Assembly: GCA_002633005.1 (NCBI GenBank)
Contig: NMRA01000416.1
Span: forward strand, 101,597-165,596
Direction: 5' to 3'
Source: Phoronis australis
Taxonomy: Eukaryota; Animalia; Phoronida
Length of the DNA stretch: 64,000 nucleotides
A program made the translations under genes and the position numbers. Below are positions 11,159 through 23,977 of the stretch, one piece after another. Under the pieces are notes generated by a model that saw only the letters and a list, made by a program, of their open reading frames with translations, searched no databases and was not told where the DNA came from. The number at the start of each line of letters is the position of its first letter. Position 1 is the first letter of the stretch.

Positions 11159-12163
11159 CTACAACACCATAAAAATGAACTTAAAGTCTTAACAAAACAA
11201 GATTTTCAACAATGATTGGTCCAATCAATTACCTGGTCATTAAAAAGTACAGTCTGCCTGATGTTCTACATGCTGCATCAGATTTGCGCAGGTCACATGG
11301 TTTGGCCCATTGCATGAAACGACCAAGCTAAACTAATCAAAGGCTGACTATTATCGATCAACAAGTTTGCCGTGAAAGAAGTTTTCAAGTCTGTGGTCTC
11401 TCTTATTATTGTAGGCTTGTAACGGTGCTGTCCAGTAGCTTACTCCTCAGCCTGCAAAAAGCTGGACAAGACTTGCAGGTGTTAAGGGGTCTCAACTTCA
11501 GAACCACACTCAGGACACACTGGGCTATCCATATACCTAGTGATGTGCCCGTGTCAGAATACAAATCCGGGCCATTACTTCTGCATGAAATTTCAATCCA
11601 TTTCTTACCTCAGTTTATAGCATTTGAAAACTCTTAATAAAATTACAGTGATGTCACCCAATCACAATGTAATAAAAATCACAGAACATGAATTTAATTT
11701 ACAACATTCAGTACAACCTGAAGGTAATCGGACAAAATACGGTTTGCGTCACAAGGATAACGACTAGTCATGATGAGTAATAACCGGTTATGACAGCTAA
11801 TGAGCTGTCATTCTAGGTGACTGATGGCGAATTCTGTTTGCATTTCCCCATCATGATGGAGAATTCTGAGTTATTTTTGGCGAATACGGTACAACATTTT
11901 AGCCCAAAACTTCAACTATCAGAGGATAGCAGCAAAACTGAATAAAAGATAAAATTCTGTTAAATGAGCATACAGTATTTAAGTTTCTTTTGAAGATCAG
12001 AGACAGACAGTTTTGCAAAAATGTTATCTGTTAAATCAGCTATATTTCCTGAAAGTATTTGCATAGCGTAGGGACTGGGTCAAGATTTTTTCAAACGGCT
12101 TATTTAATGAACAACTCGCAACACTGAAAATTAAAAAAATTAAATTAGAAAATAAAAATTTAC

Positions 12164-12265
12164 ATTATATGAGGCAACTTGAGCTTCAATCTCTTTGTCT
12201 CGCTGTGTATTTCTAGTGCTGGTCTGAACTTTCTCTCTGGAATGTGACTTGCCTTCTTGTTTTTC
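12164..12265 (-). CDS. GPALPP1: GPALPP1 exon
   Basis: ctccag|GAA...AAT|gtaaat; 102 nt, phase 0-0; EKQEGKSHSREKVQTSTRNTQRDKEIEAQVASYN. Confidence 0.85.
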
Positions 12266-12879
12266 CTGGAGCCAACAATTCATTATTATGCACAACATGA
12301 AAACAGGGTCCATTACCACATGATTTTATATTTGTGAAAGAATTAGAACTAGAGAACACTAACAAGAATGAGTCATACCATTTCAAACAATTTTTAGTCA
12401 CTGCCTGAATAATTCTTTTTTTCCATCTTTCGTTATCCACCGCCATGTCATAATGCAAACTTTTCACAATATCCTAGGCTTATACATTCAGGCGTACAGA
12501 AAAGCAGTAACTTACAGTTTAACAACTTAATTTGCAATTTGCACTCGAGAGAAAAAATGATACACTAAAAGCTGGCAAATTCAGGACTGGCNTGGTGTAT
12601 AGGATGCGCTTGTATTATGAAGATTACTCACATTTTGCCCCTAGCCCAATGACCATGCCTTTCCATTTTGCAAAGTATGCCCTCTACTGGCCACTTTATG
12701 GTACCAATAAACAACCCTAGAAGGATACCGTATGCGGTGCAATTGTGGGCGCATTTCAACGCTCCGCGTTGCTCTTGTATAAATAACGAGTTATATAGCA
12801 AGAGTAACACAGAGCAGTAAAATGCGCCCACGAATGCCCCGTAAACGGTCTTCATTTAGAAGTGTTTATTTCTAGTTCT

Positions 12880-13830
12880 AACTAGGAGGCACCAAAGTAG
12901 TTGAAGTCATCGGAAAATCATTGTCACCAGTCCCTTTCACACTGAGAAACATATATGCCAATTTTCACAATCATCCTTAGAGTGGCTTGGTTGAAAGAAG
13001 GGCGGGTGACTTGAAAACAATGGCCACTACGTGGTGCAAAATACCTTGAATCCATCTGAAAACAGGAGGATAGTGTAATCTCACACATTGATCCCTACTA
13101 GCCAACTTTCATGAAATTCCATTGAGGACCTTTGAAGATACAGAGGTAAACGTAAAAAAGTAAAATTGCCACTAGGGGGAACAACGGTAGTCGGATCCAT
13201 CTGAAAATCGTTGTCGTCCATTGTCAACTTCATATAATACACTTAAAGAACTTGCAGTAGGTTTAGGAGATACATCTATAGAAGCAAAAAAACAAAACTA
13301 CCACTAGGAGGTGCAACAGTAGTCGAAGTCATCGGAAAATCATGAAACGTCCTTTTCACACTAAGAACATACATGCTAATTTTCACAACCTTCTTTAGAG
13401 TGGTTTGGCTGACAGAGGGGCTGACACCAAAAAATCAACTCAAAACAGTAAAAATGGCCACAAGGTGGTGCAAAATACCTTGAATCCATCCCAAAATGGA
13501 AGGATAGTGTTACCTTACTAATTGATGCCTACATGCCAAATTTCATAAAAATCTCTTGAGTACTTTTGAAGATATAGCAGTAAATGTAAAAAAATGAAAT
13601 TTCTAAAAGGGGTAACACTGGTAGTTGGATCCGTCCAAAAGTTCGCTCTTGTCGTCCCATCCATAAAAGAAACACACGAGCAAAATTTCATGAGCGCACA
13701 TCAAAAGGTTTTGGAGATAGAGCAGGGAATGATGGCATGATGCGTCATATGTGGGCGAATAAAAGTTGATCAATTCATTATCAGCAGGACACCTTACTGT
13801 ACCCTCATCACCAAGACTGAAAACAGAGAA
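12880..13830. mobile_element. Non-autonomous interspersed repeat with an internal duplication of about 420 bp
   Basis: ctaggagg...gtagt(t/c)gaagtcatcggaaaatc at about 12882 and 13304, with parallel downstream sequence; related fragments near 51580-51960 and 54680-55070. Confidence 0.6.
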
Positions 13831-14112
13831 TGCAATAGGAGACTTGACATTCACATAACATTAGGCCTCTTCGTCATTTTTTGATTATCTTATTAGCTTT
13901 TCTTTTGCTTTAAATTAATGCATGCAGAAATCATGAAGGCTAGTAAACAGGGTCTCTCGAACCTGGCCTAAATGCAAGACCCGCTTTAATTTATTTTTGA
14001 TTATTGGCAGCCATGCTATTTTGAGCTCCCCATTACAGTAGTCTAATGCCAACTTCAATTACACAGAATTGTAAAGCTATACTATGAAATGTTTTCACAA
14101 GACCAATGTCAC

Positions 14113-14651
14113 CTTTCCAGAAAGCTTATCCTTCATAAGTTGCGCCCTTCGCTCAAACTCTTCTGCAGCAGAGTACTCCTCATTCCCTGTACTAGGCATT
14201 GGTCCAATAATGTCCCCATCATCATCATCTTTATCATCATCTTGACTGCTATGGCAGCTGCTTGTTAATTCAGGAGGTAATGCCGGACCATACACATCAC
14301 TGTCACTGACAGCAGTGTAAGTAGTCTCAATGCGTGCAAGACGTGATGGCAATTCTGGTCCAATACTTTGGGAAAATGGAGATTTTTCATTTGTATCTGA
14401 ATCGTCTGTGCATTCACCCAGCCTTGACCTTAGATGTGGTGGTAATGATGGTCCAACATATGGCTGGTCCCTAGTATTGTCAGAGTCATTTTTGTTCATT
14501 TCAGCCACAACATGTGATGGAAGAGATGGCCCTATATGACAAGTCTTGGTGTCCTCTGGTGGGTACTTCCGATTGCTTTGATTTGATGGTTTACTGGGTC
14601 CTATTGTCTTCTCCATAACTTCTAAATTTTCATCAGCTGACTTCTTTAAAC
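14113..14651 (-). CDS. GPALPP1: GPALPP1 large exon with GPxLP repeats
   Basis: ctttcag|GT TTA AAG...GGA AAG|gtgaca; 539 nt; IGPSLP, VGPSLPP, IGPELP, YGPALPP, IIGPMP, AEEFERRAQLMKDKL. Confidence 0.93.
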
Positions 14652-15431
14652 CTGAAAGCAAAAAGGAATCACATAATAGCAATATTTCTACACAACAGTA
14701 TGCCAAATATGGCAATATCAATACACTGTAACAATGGTGGTACCAAGGCACTTTAACTATAGCAATACCAAGGCACTGCAACTATGGGAGTACCAGTGCA
14801 TTGTAACTATGGCGATACCAATGCACTGTAACTTCTATACATCTAGTTGCACACTAACAACATATTTTTCTGTGATTGTGTTGCTGAATTACATCCCATT
14901 TTGCCTGATCACCGTGTTCATCGGATATCTGGAGGCTTGTTTCTGCGGATGAACATCACCAGTTTCTGAGAAAAAACACTGTGCTATGGAAGACAAAGCT
15001 TGTGAAATTTCAAATTGGTGTAATCCCAGTTAAAACTGAAATGTAAGAGTGCTTGGGAAGGCATTTGGAGAGCAATTTCAGCACTCTGGTGGCTTTTAGG
15101 AGTGAACGCGCCTGTTCTTTCATCCCTCAGTCTAGGAATTAATAACATATTAATTATAAAGCCACTTCTTCCAGAATGTGTTCTATCAATAACGGTAAAC
15201 AATCATGCAGCAGTTCTTTAAAATAATCCACAACACTTTCACATGCAAGAACTGACTCACAAATTGTGTAACGAAAATAAAAACAAGGCGTTTAACAAGG
15301 GCAAACAGTTTTTAAAACACTATCATAATTCAGGGCCCTCAATCTCTTGATTTCGGGGTCAAATATTGGCCCCATTTTCCTCTGAAAAATATTGAAAATC
15401 ACGCAAAATTATCATCATGTGCCCAAAATAT

Positions 15432-15562
15432 TTCCCTCAAGTAATTAAAAATTTCCCCTCAAAGTTTGACTCACTTGTAACTCACACAGGCGAGGATTCC
15501 CTCAAGTAATTAAAAATTTCCCCTCAAAGTTTGACTCACTTGTAACTCACACAGGCGAGGAT
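15432..15562. repeat. Exact 65-bp tandem duplication
   Basis: ttccctcaagtaattaaaaatttcccctcaaagtttgactcacttgtaactcacacaggcgagga at 15432 and 15497. Confidence 0.9.
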
Positions 15563-15604
15563 TCGAAACAGCACAAAATTTATGTCTTGGCTACCTGAGG
15601 CACG

Positions 15605-17790
15605 ACGGCTAAATCACAATCAAGGTCCATATTCGAGAGTTGACTGTGTTACGGTCTCAAATAACTTTTTTGATCACTTACCAAATGCAAACTGAATCTC
15701 ATATGCAAAGAGTTATTTAGTTGTGCAAATTAAAAAAAGAATCATCAAAATCGGACAATGCTTAAGAAATTTATCCATGTTTTTGTGAATTTCAAGCACT
15801 TTTAGCGTTACGAGTGGCCATTTTAAAAATTACAATTTTCAATTGTCAACTGTAGAAAAGAAGTTTATTTTATCAAGTAAGCAATTGCTTAGACATGACT
15901 GGGAATTACTTGAGTCACTTTCAGAGTCAATTAGACGAAGTTGTGTTTAATCACTAAGAAATGGCAGAGTTCATCATAAAACAGGCACTCGTTGCGAAAT
16001 TTGTAAATTCTGTGTTTCTAACCCTCACCTACTCTAAAGAAGGTTAAAACCTAAAATTCACACTCTGTAATAACAAGAACTGCAGAATATGTTAGCCTAA
16101 GCAACACAGAAAATTATTCAATATCTAAACAAACCAAAAATTTGGATATTGACTGGGTTCTGCTATGTTGAAAATGGGCCAAAAAGGCTAACAAAATGTA
16201 GTGTACGTACCCCCATGTGGAATTCAGTAACACCAATGTTCATTGCAAATGAAATTATTGCCTTTCAAATAACAACATGGTGCTTACTATTATCAAAGAA
16301 AAATAAATGGCCACACAACATTATGTTACCATGTGATGCAGAAACAGTGATGAAATATTAGCATTTGTATAGTGTACGTACCCCTATATTTTAATTTGTG
16401 CCTATTTTCAAAGTGTGGCAGATATGCACGTGAATGCTGTTTTTTATTTTTTCTCTTTGAATTTATTTAGTAAATCAACTAACTCTCAGTAGGTTCTTAG
16501 TATTTAGCTACAAAATTGACATGTCATTGAAATGTAGTGTACGTACCCCGATGTGAACAAGTACCATGAAACAAAAATATTACACGGTAAGTAAGCAACA
16601 CTTGTCACAGACAGTTTCCTCCTTTAAAAATGCTGGGTTAAAAGGGTGTTAATTACAAATACATTTGTTTTGAGTGAAATATTAGCATTTGTGTTGTGTA
16701 TGTACCCCTCCAACATAACATGTGCCTGTTTTCAAATAATGACAGACAGGTACATGCACATGTATGCAGTACTTATTATTTGTTCTCTTTAAATAGATTT
16801 GGTAAATGAACTAAGTTTCAGTAAATTCTAAGTATTTTTTTTATAAATCTGACAAGTCATTGAAATGTAGTGTATGTACTCCTGTGTAGTGTACGTACCT
16901 TCAACCTCTGTGCTCTAAAGTATTGCCCACAAGTATTTTTACATACTGCCAGTACTGCTGTTCTCATGAACAATACTGATATTTCCAAAATGAATCCAGC
17001 CTGACAAAAAACAATGGACATTATCAAATTTGTGGGCAAAAAATAACACACAGGACTTTGCTGGTACTAAACATCCTAGAAGACGTGTCATGTGACAACT
17101 GATGTTGCAGAGGCAGGTTATCTATCTCTCAAGACAACTTGCAACAAACCAACAAGTAGAGGCAGCACAAAACTCGAGACCATCCCATACATTTGTAAAT
17201 TAGTTAAAGTTTGATGTTGATTGACTGTGTGTAGTGTACGTACCCCCCAACCAGTACCATTTTTTACTGTTTACAAATGGAACACTGGTCCTAGCATTAC
17301 TTTAACTATTTTGACCAACTGGTGAATGTATTGAAAACTAAGCAAATAGCACCAATAAAGTTTTTGAAAAAAGTAGTTACTAGTCATTTGCTTTTTGTAA
17401 GAATCACATTGCAAGAGAAGAAATTCTCATTATACTGTGTTAAGATATGCAATGTATCATCATCTAGAACAACTTGATCAGCACAGTAATGGCTTTTCTT
17501 ACTTTAGTATGTTATACTTCTTGAATTTGATCAAGAACTTAAATTAACAGTTACCTTATGAATTTTTGCATGCTGTGACCACAAGTTGTAGTGTATGTAC
17601 CCTTTTATACAACTGTGATGCATTAGGCCATAAAATTTTATTCGGTGGTTCTTGTGCAAAAATATTTTAGATTACAAACCTGGAATGATGGTACTTCAAG
17701 ATAACCCAGCTTTTACAGTTATACGAAAACCTTCATTTTTCACCAAAAGTGGCCACCGAATATGGACCTTCGACTGTGATTTGCCCGAGA
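15605..17790. mobile_element. About 2.2-kb non-autonomous DNA transposon with TIRs and internal periodic motif, in GPALPP1 intron 1
   Basis: aaatcacaatc-aaggtccatattcg at left vs cgaatatggaccttcgactgtgattt at right; 8 copies of tgtagtgta(c/t)gtaccc-like motif inside; apparently nested in an outer element (about 15331-17918). Confidence 0.65.
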
Positions 17791-18536
17791 GCCTATGAGG
17801 GCTAGTGAAAGGGGTGGGGGTACTGCTGACAGGGATGGGGGTATAATTTTCCCCTCACCCAAAAATTCCCATCTCAGAAGGCACCAGCACTTTTCCCATC
17901 CGATGACTGAGGGTCTTGTGAATTATGATGTAAACTTGCAGCATGGTCAAGTGTTAAAAATGACAAAATATTCCACTTAATCGAATAACCAATATTTAAC
18001 GAAACTGGCATTAGCCTAACTGGTACAAAGCTAAACAAAAATTTGCACCTTTAGATGAAATGCTGGCAAAACAAACTTGGACACAAAATTAATGTCATGA
18101 ATACTACACTGCTCCTTGAGACCAGAGTGGAAACAATCCTGTTCATATCTTAATTATTCTGAAGTAAAATTTGTGGAACAACGATTATCATCAACTTTGA
18201 AGTAGGAGTGCCACCTGTTCCAAGTTTCTACTTTCTCGAAAGATTCCACTTCACCAAAAACAAAAATCGAGCAAATATATAGCAGTGGCACCTTTACGCA
18301 TCTCAAGTGCTGGGTTCTGAATGGGCTGTTTCCACAGAGCGCTGCACCCTTTTAACCCTTTTCAGCTGTTTACTAGCACTCCGATTGAATTTCCCAACCT
18401 AATTAAATTTGCTGAACCAGTCGTTTACAGCCTCCTGTTGTGTATGATACAAACCCCGTTCTCGCTTATACTTCACTCTATTCAGAATTTAAAAAATAAC
18501 TCCAGCAAAGCGATCCAGTACGCGACAGCGACTTAC

Positions 18537-18636
18537 TGGGTGGTAAACAAGGTCCATAAACATCTTCAGTCGTATTGTTTTCTTCAAATTTTAGATTATT
18601 AAGACCCGTTGGTAATTGAGGGCCGATATTACTCAT
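18537..18636 (-). CDS. GPALPP1: GPALPP1 first coding exon
   Basis: ccaagATG AGT AAT ATC GGC CCT CAA TTA CCA...CCA CCC A|gtaagt; 100 nt; MSNIGPQLPTGLNNLKFEENNTTEDVYGPCLPP; phase 1 fits the acceptor at 14651. Confidence 0.9.
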
Positions 18637-18689
18637 CTTGGAGGCGAATTATTTCCAATGTTGCAAATAAGCTCTACACATACACCAAA

Positions 18690-18861
18690 ACACACTGCAA
18701 ACTTCGTCTCTGAAAAACCGGAAATGTGCTCTTTTCTATAAAGAGCACACGATCTGATGACGTAGGATGTAAATACACAACGCAGCGTGGCATTTGTTGA
18801 AAACAACAGCTGACAAAGCGTCACCTCACACCACTCCTCGGAAGTTCGTGTTTACGTGGAG
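18690..18861. promoter_or_regulatory. Candidate bidirectional promoter and non-coding first exon of PCYT1
   Basis: ETS-type ccggaa 18718-18723, CRE/ATF-type tgatgacgta 18755-18764, tcggaagt near 18838; + strand donor gag|gtaaag after 18861; GPALPP1 ATG at 18636 on the other strand. Link to PCYT1 is inferred. Confidence 0.5.
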
Positions 18862-19173
18862 GTAAAGTACTGAACGTGATTTTTGTGTACTGCATTTTAA
18901 ATCAGATTTTGTGTGTTTTTGCCTCAGAGATCGAAGTTTAAACGTTGTTTGTATTTGACACACATCACGAAACGATTCACTTGACTCGATCTTTGGACCT
19001 TGTCCTTGGGCTTGATGCCGGGCAGCCAACAAGGCAGAACACAGGCAACCGCCCTGCACTGTGAGTGGTGGATGCCGTGGGCATACAAGTATAAATAAAT
19101 ATAGGGTTGTTGTAGTGTGAACATTTAGTACATACATGTAGTTGAACTTTCGCCATTGACATGTTCCACTCAG

Positions 19174-19797
19174 TACAATACAGACCGTGTTATGACGTCT
19201 ATCCAATATTGATCTGTTGATCACTTTTTTTAGTCTTTGTGCATCTAAATACACCCCACATAGTCTTCATTCAGCTAGCTAACAATATCTCTGCATTTGT
19301 TACTATGTACACTACAATTTCTCTGAACCACTTNAACAAACCCTGGATCATGTTTTGTGTCCCGTCGGAAGAAAATTTAAATTCGAAAACATCTTCTGAA
19401 AACGCACAAAAAAGTGTATTAGTAAAATCTACTGATTTTTAAGTGGTTTTAAAAAACAATCGGTAAACTCACCGATTTTTGTCTCATTACTTTGATACGT
19501 GTTCCTCCCGAGAGGTTAGTACCTAACGTGAAGACGAGCACTCCAAATTGGAACGCTAAGTCCCGCGTGGTTGCGCTGCACGCGAAACAAGATGGCGGAC
19601 GAACTTTGGAGCCTGACGAAAATAGGTAACCGGACGATACAATACAGACCGTGTTATGACGTCTATCCAGTATTGATCTGTTGATCACTTTTTTTAGTCT
19701 TTGTGCATCTAAATATACCCCACATAGTCTTCATTCAGCTAGCTAACAATATCTCTGCATTTGTTACTATGTACACTACAATTTCTCTGAACCACTT
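19174..19797. repeat. About 160-bp near-identical direct duplication (19174-19333 and 19638-19797) joined at an N
   Basis: tacaatacagaccgtgttatgacg...ctctgaaccactt twice with about 3 differences; N at 19334 exactly at the end of copy 1. Likely two haplotypes assembled in tandem. Confidence 0.8.
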
Positions 19798-20596
19798 GGG
19801 AACTGGGGGGGGGGGGGGGGGANNGGGGGGGGGGGGATACTCCACCATATTTTTGTTGAGAGGTTTGAAGAAATGGTCGTATATTTTTAAAAAGTGACAC
19901 ATTTAAGAGAATACTAGATAACTTTTGTGCATTGACCTTGGATCACAATAAAACACCAGATATGATTATGATGCATTACTGTGACGGCTGATTAGATGGT
20001 CGCTGGTGAGATGCAACAGAGACTGTTTGTACACGGCGCTCGATTTCATATTACTAATGATTTTTTATGTCTTGTTAAAATGGAGTCACCAAGATTACAC
20101 TGTGTGGCGCACATGCTGGATTATGGAGACAGGTTATAGGGCGTTGCTCAAATTATCAAACTACATTTTGCGCAGGCTTGTGCTCATGTTAGTGTTGGGT
20201 AAATAGTAAATGAAAGTCGCTCTTCTGTAGGGTTTCAGTTTGGTTTAGAAACACCCGTTTGAAGGTTAATTAGTTCCAAAAATTTAGCCCTTTGGTAGGG
20301 ACTCTTAAAACTATTATAAACAGCTTTTGTAACCTGGGTATTATTATTGAAACCCTCATTGTTGTCAAAATGGGTTTGGATAAGCTTTCCATTTCATGCA
20401 CGGCGAATTCCATCTCCATACAGAACCCATTTGGCCACAAAATTTTGTCAAGTGCTTGTGCAGATGACACCTTGAGCTGTACTGTGCGTGAATTATTTAC
20501 ACCTGCCACATTGCTAAAAGCTTAACTGCCATCTTGTAGTGAATTCTGTCACCAAGCAAAACTCAGCTTACCACCAAATTTAACATATCATCTGTT

Positions 20597-20632
20597 TGTG
20601 TGTGTGTGTGTGCGTGTGCGTGTGCGGGTGTG
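20597..20632. repeat. (TG)n microsatellite
   Basis: tgtgtgtgtgtgtgtgcgtgtgcgtgtgcgggtgtg. Confidence 0.9.
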
Positions 20633-22002
20633 TGACCCCTCAAGCAACTCCAGTGGCACATTGAGGTGTGTAACTTGTAGCATCTGCCACATAGCTAACA
20701 ACGTTTTAGCAAGCTCAAGTTAAGTATGGAGCCTTAAACAATACATACCAAAAATCTTAATGATAATATTGTCAATCCAAAGGCTTGAGCATTTAGGCCA
20801 AAAAAGCATAGTTGCATACTTCTGGTCTCTGTTTTGTGAAAATCAAGTGAGTGGTGCAGTACTAGTATTTGTTTTAGATGCTCGTCTTTTCAAGAAAGGA
20901 AATCCATCTGAGACGAGCAAAGATGATGTGAAATTTGTTTTTGTAATTTTTTTACTTGACAGCAAGGAATTTTTCAACTGTTCAAACTCAGTGTAATTAT
21001 TTAATACTGTCTGACCTATACCACTGTATGTTGATGTATTGGCCTGTTGGGGTAATGCTTTTTATTTTTCTGTGACAAATTTATCTCACCTTTGTGGAGT
21101 ATGAAAAGACTTACAATGAGCTAGTCATCTGGTAAGCATAATGTGAGGATGCCGACACCTGTTCAGGTATCAGATTCATAGGCTAGTTATTGTCATGTTT
21201 AATCCCCCAGAGCTGACATGGACTTTGAAGGTACAAGTGCCAGTCACAATGAATGCTTTCTTGATATGGGACCATAGATGCCAGTCCAATTTAATTATAT
21301 CTTAAAACCACAGATGTCAGTCTAATCTAATTATAAGATGGCCTCAGATTAAACTTTGTACTTTGGTACCCTGAGTGTGATTTCTTGTCCTTGAGAACTT
21401 TGAACCCAAATAGAATCACTACTTTATCCCTGCAGCACTGGAAGGACTGCATGAACTTGATGATATTGAAAATATTCTGCCTGGGTGCTCCAACAGAAGC
21501 CAGCCTCTCACAAAAACTAGGGGTTTGCTTAAGTTAGCTCTTCAGCTGTAATTGTCTATAAGCAAAATGAAATTAAATGCTTCCAATAGCAGAACTTTGT
21601 GGTTTTCTGGTAGAATCCATAAGACCTGCAGGGCTTCTGAATAACGGCTCGATCTCTGTTAGAGGATGTCTTCTAGCTATTAGAGACCCTGTTTTTACTG
21701 CTAGGTTAAAAATGTGGCACACTGAGAAAAAAATCACCTTTGCCAATTGTCCGCTTCAAGGTTGTGACACATTACTACAGCAGACCCAGCTAATATTGGA
21801 GATCTGGTTTCTATCAGAGAGGTGGGGTTAATCATTAACTTCTGTGCAACTGAACCCAAGGCTTTTGTTAGAGAGAAGTTTTTGTTAAAAACCTGACTTC
21901 TCTGAGACGTTTAAGTACATATATGACAGCGTTTGTAAGTAGTCCTGCTCATCTTTCCTTTCATTTCTCCCCTTTCGTGCATCCCTGCAGATGGGCATGA
22001 CC

Positions 22003-22235
22003 TGTCTTACAACATCTCTTGTGGCGCATTTTTATTGCCCATATTACCAGAGATTACCATTTTTATGTTATTTACCTGTATTCATTATATTGCAATTGTA
22101 TTAGTCATAATAAATGGCCTTATATCGCCTACCTTGGTCTCCTTTTCATCTCTGGTAATGAGCTTGCGATGCGACGCACGTATCATTTATCTATTATTCG
22201 GGACATATGTTGATCATAAAAGTAAAATAAGCTAT
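22003..22235 (+). mobile_element. Interspersed repeat; inverted copy at about 49925-50127
   Basis: tgtcttacaacatctc...ttaccagagatta...atcatttat...ggacatatgt matches the reverse complement of 49925-50127. Confidence 0.75.
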
Positions 22236-23977
22236 TGTCCACACATGACTCATTGCCTATGAAAGGGCATCCTCACCAACAAGGCTGACTTGTGTAGCAG
22301 TCAGATATAGTTCATACACAAACAATCCTCTGGCACATTGTCGTATGGCAACTTAGTTCCACGATTCACATTTCTCCAGGGCCACTGACTTGTACATTGT
22401 GTCATGCAGCACTGATGGTGTGTGGAAATGCTGTGGGAAGAGAAAGGAGTAACAAAGCTTGTTTATGTTGCGGCTTGAAGTGGCCTTAAAATGTCACTGA
22501 ACCTGGAACAAATATTGAAATATGAATAATTAAGTACTCCAGGTTGGGTCAAAAATGCTACCCCTGTTTTTTAAAACTCCGATATGGTGACTGCTCTACA
22601 ATTGCACACAAAATTAAATAATTACTATTTTCAGAAAGCAAGGGTGTATATAATAAGTAGTGTATAAAACTGTGTCTTTATTTTTGATTTGATGCCATAA
22701 CAATTCTTTAAACGCATCACTTGTCAGCAAAATATGCAAGTTTTTTTTGAGACAACTTCAAACCTTTGTTACCCATTTTCAAGCCTTTTTACTTTTGATA
22801 CATTCAGCAATTTTAAACAGATTCATGGGTCTGTCAAGCATACTTCTAGTCTAAGGCTGAGGGAACCGTTTCTCAGACTTTTTACTTTAATTTCTTCTAA
22901 TAGAAGTTCTGAAGACTTGGGTCATTTAAAAAATGATAGATAATCTTTCTGTTGTTTAAGAGTAATTACAAATCGTAAGGCACCATCAAAAATGCAATTT
23001 TCACAAAAAATGGCAGTCACTTGAATTTATAAACGACTTGCAACATTTAAAGGCATGAGTTAAGACTATTCAGTGACTGAGAATTCACAAAATGTAATAT
23101 ATTTTTATTGGTTTACAACTGATAACAAAACAGTTTCATGAAATAAACTTGAAGGAACTTCATGAAGGTTAAGAATTACCTCACCGTGCTCTTTCCCCCA
23201 GACATGTGTCACCTGTTATTTCCACATATGCAGTTGCACCAATTTTTACAACCCTAACCCCCTACGCCAATCCCCCACTAAGGACCTGAATAAGTAAATT
23301 AACAAAACAACTTACATACCTTTTTTTAAAAATAGCTGTTCCTTTTCAAAGGCTTTGTTCGTTGTCTCTGATATAGAAAGTAGGCTTTGACAACAGATCT
23401 TCACTGGATGGGAAGATCTTGCTGGTTAGGTGCAGTCAAATGCTTTTTGTCCATTTAGGGACAGTGCAGAAACGATGCATATCTCCTCTGCATGATACAA
23501 GCCCTCAAATCTAAAAACCAAAGGCTATGTGAAAAAAAAACAGACATGATAGATTTCCAGTTCAACGTGAGATTTCTGGAAGACATAGGATAGGGAGTAA
23601 ACAAATAGTCTAATGGATATTTGTCATGTACCCTTTGCCATTGGGCTTGGATTGTAATCTAACCAATATCGAGTAAAATGACAGCATAAAACTTCAGCAT
23701 TGATTGATGTAACTGTCACTGATAAACCTGTTGGAAATCATTCAAACAATAATACTGCTTTGATGTATGAAAAGATCCCGAGTGCTAGGTCAAGTATCGT
23801 AACACATACCGTATTCGCCGTAATAACCACCCAGGGCGCTTAGAAAAGTTTGGTTCAGGGGGGGGGCGCTTATTAACCCAAGGCGGTTGAAACCCGGTCT
23901 CCGAAACGGGTGAAATCGGAAGCTAAGATTTATCAAATTTACGCTCTGTGACGTATATGCAATCTATGAAAGACTTT

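Noticed and set aside
12618-12720. Minus-strand VIGLGAK before a gtgagt donor as the missing GPALPP1 exon
   Set aside because: No WMTELP or WTDTP context, and the donor phase (1) does not fit the phase-0 acceptor.
13797-13817. 19-nt minus-strand exon-like segment in the GPALPP1 intron
   Set aside because: Reads TCT TGG TGA in the required phase, shifts frame, and sits at the edge of a repeat.
14652-14781. N-terminal extension of ORF 14095-14781
   Set aside because: Intronic read-through; the acceptor at 14651 joins in phase to the exon at 18537-18636.
19174-19797. Direct repeats as LTRs or a biological duplication
   Set aside because: Copy 1 ends exactly at an N, differences are SNP-like, and there are no TG...CA ends; best explained as a haplotype join.
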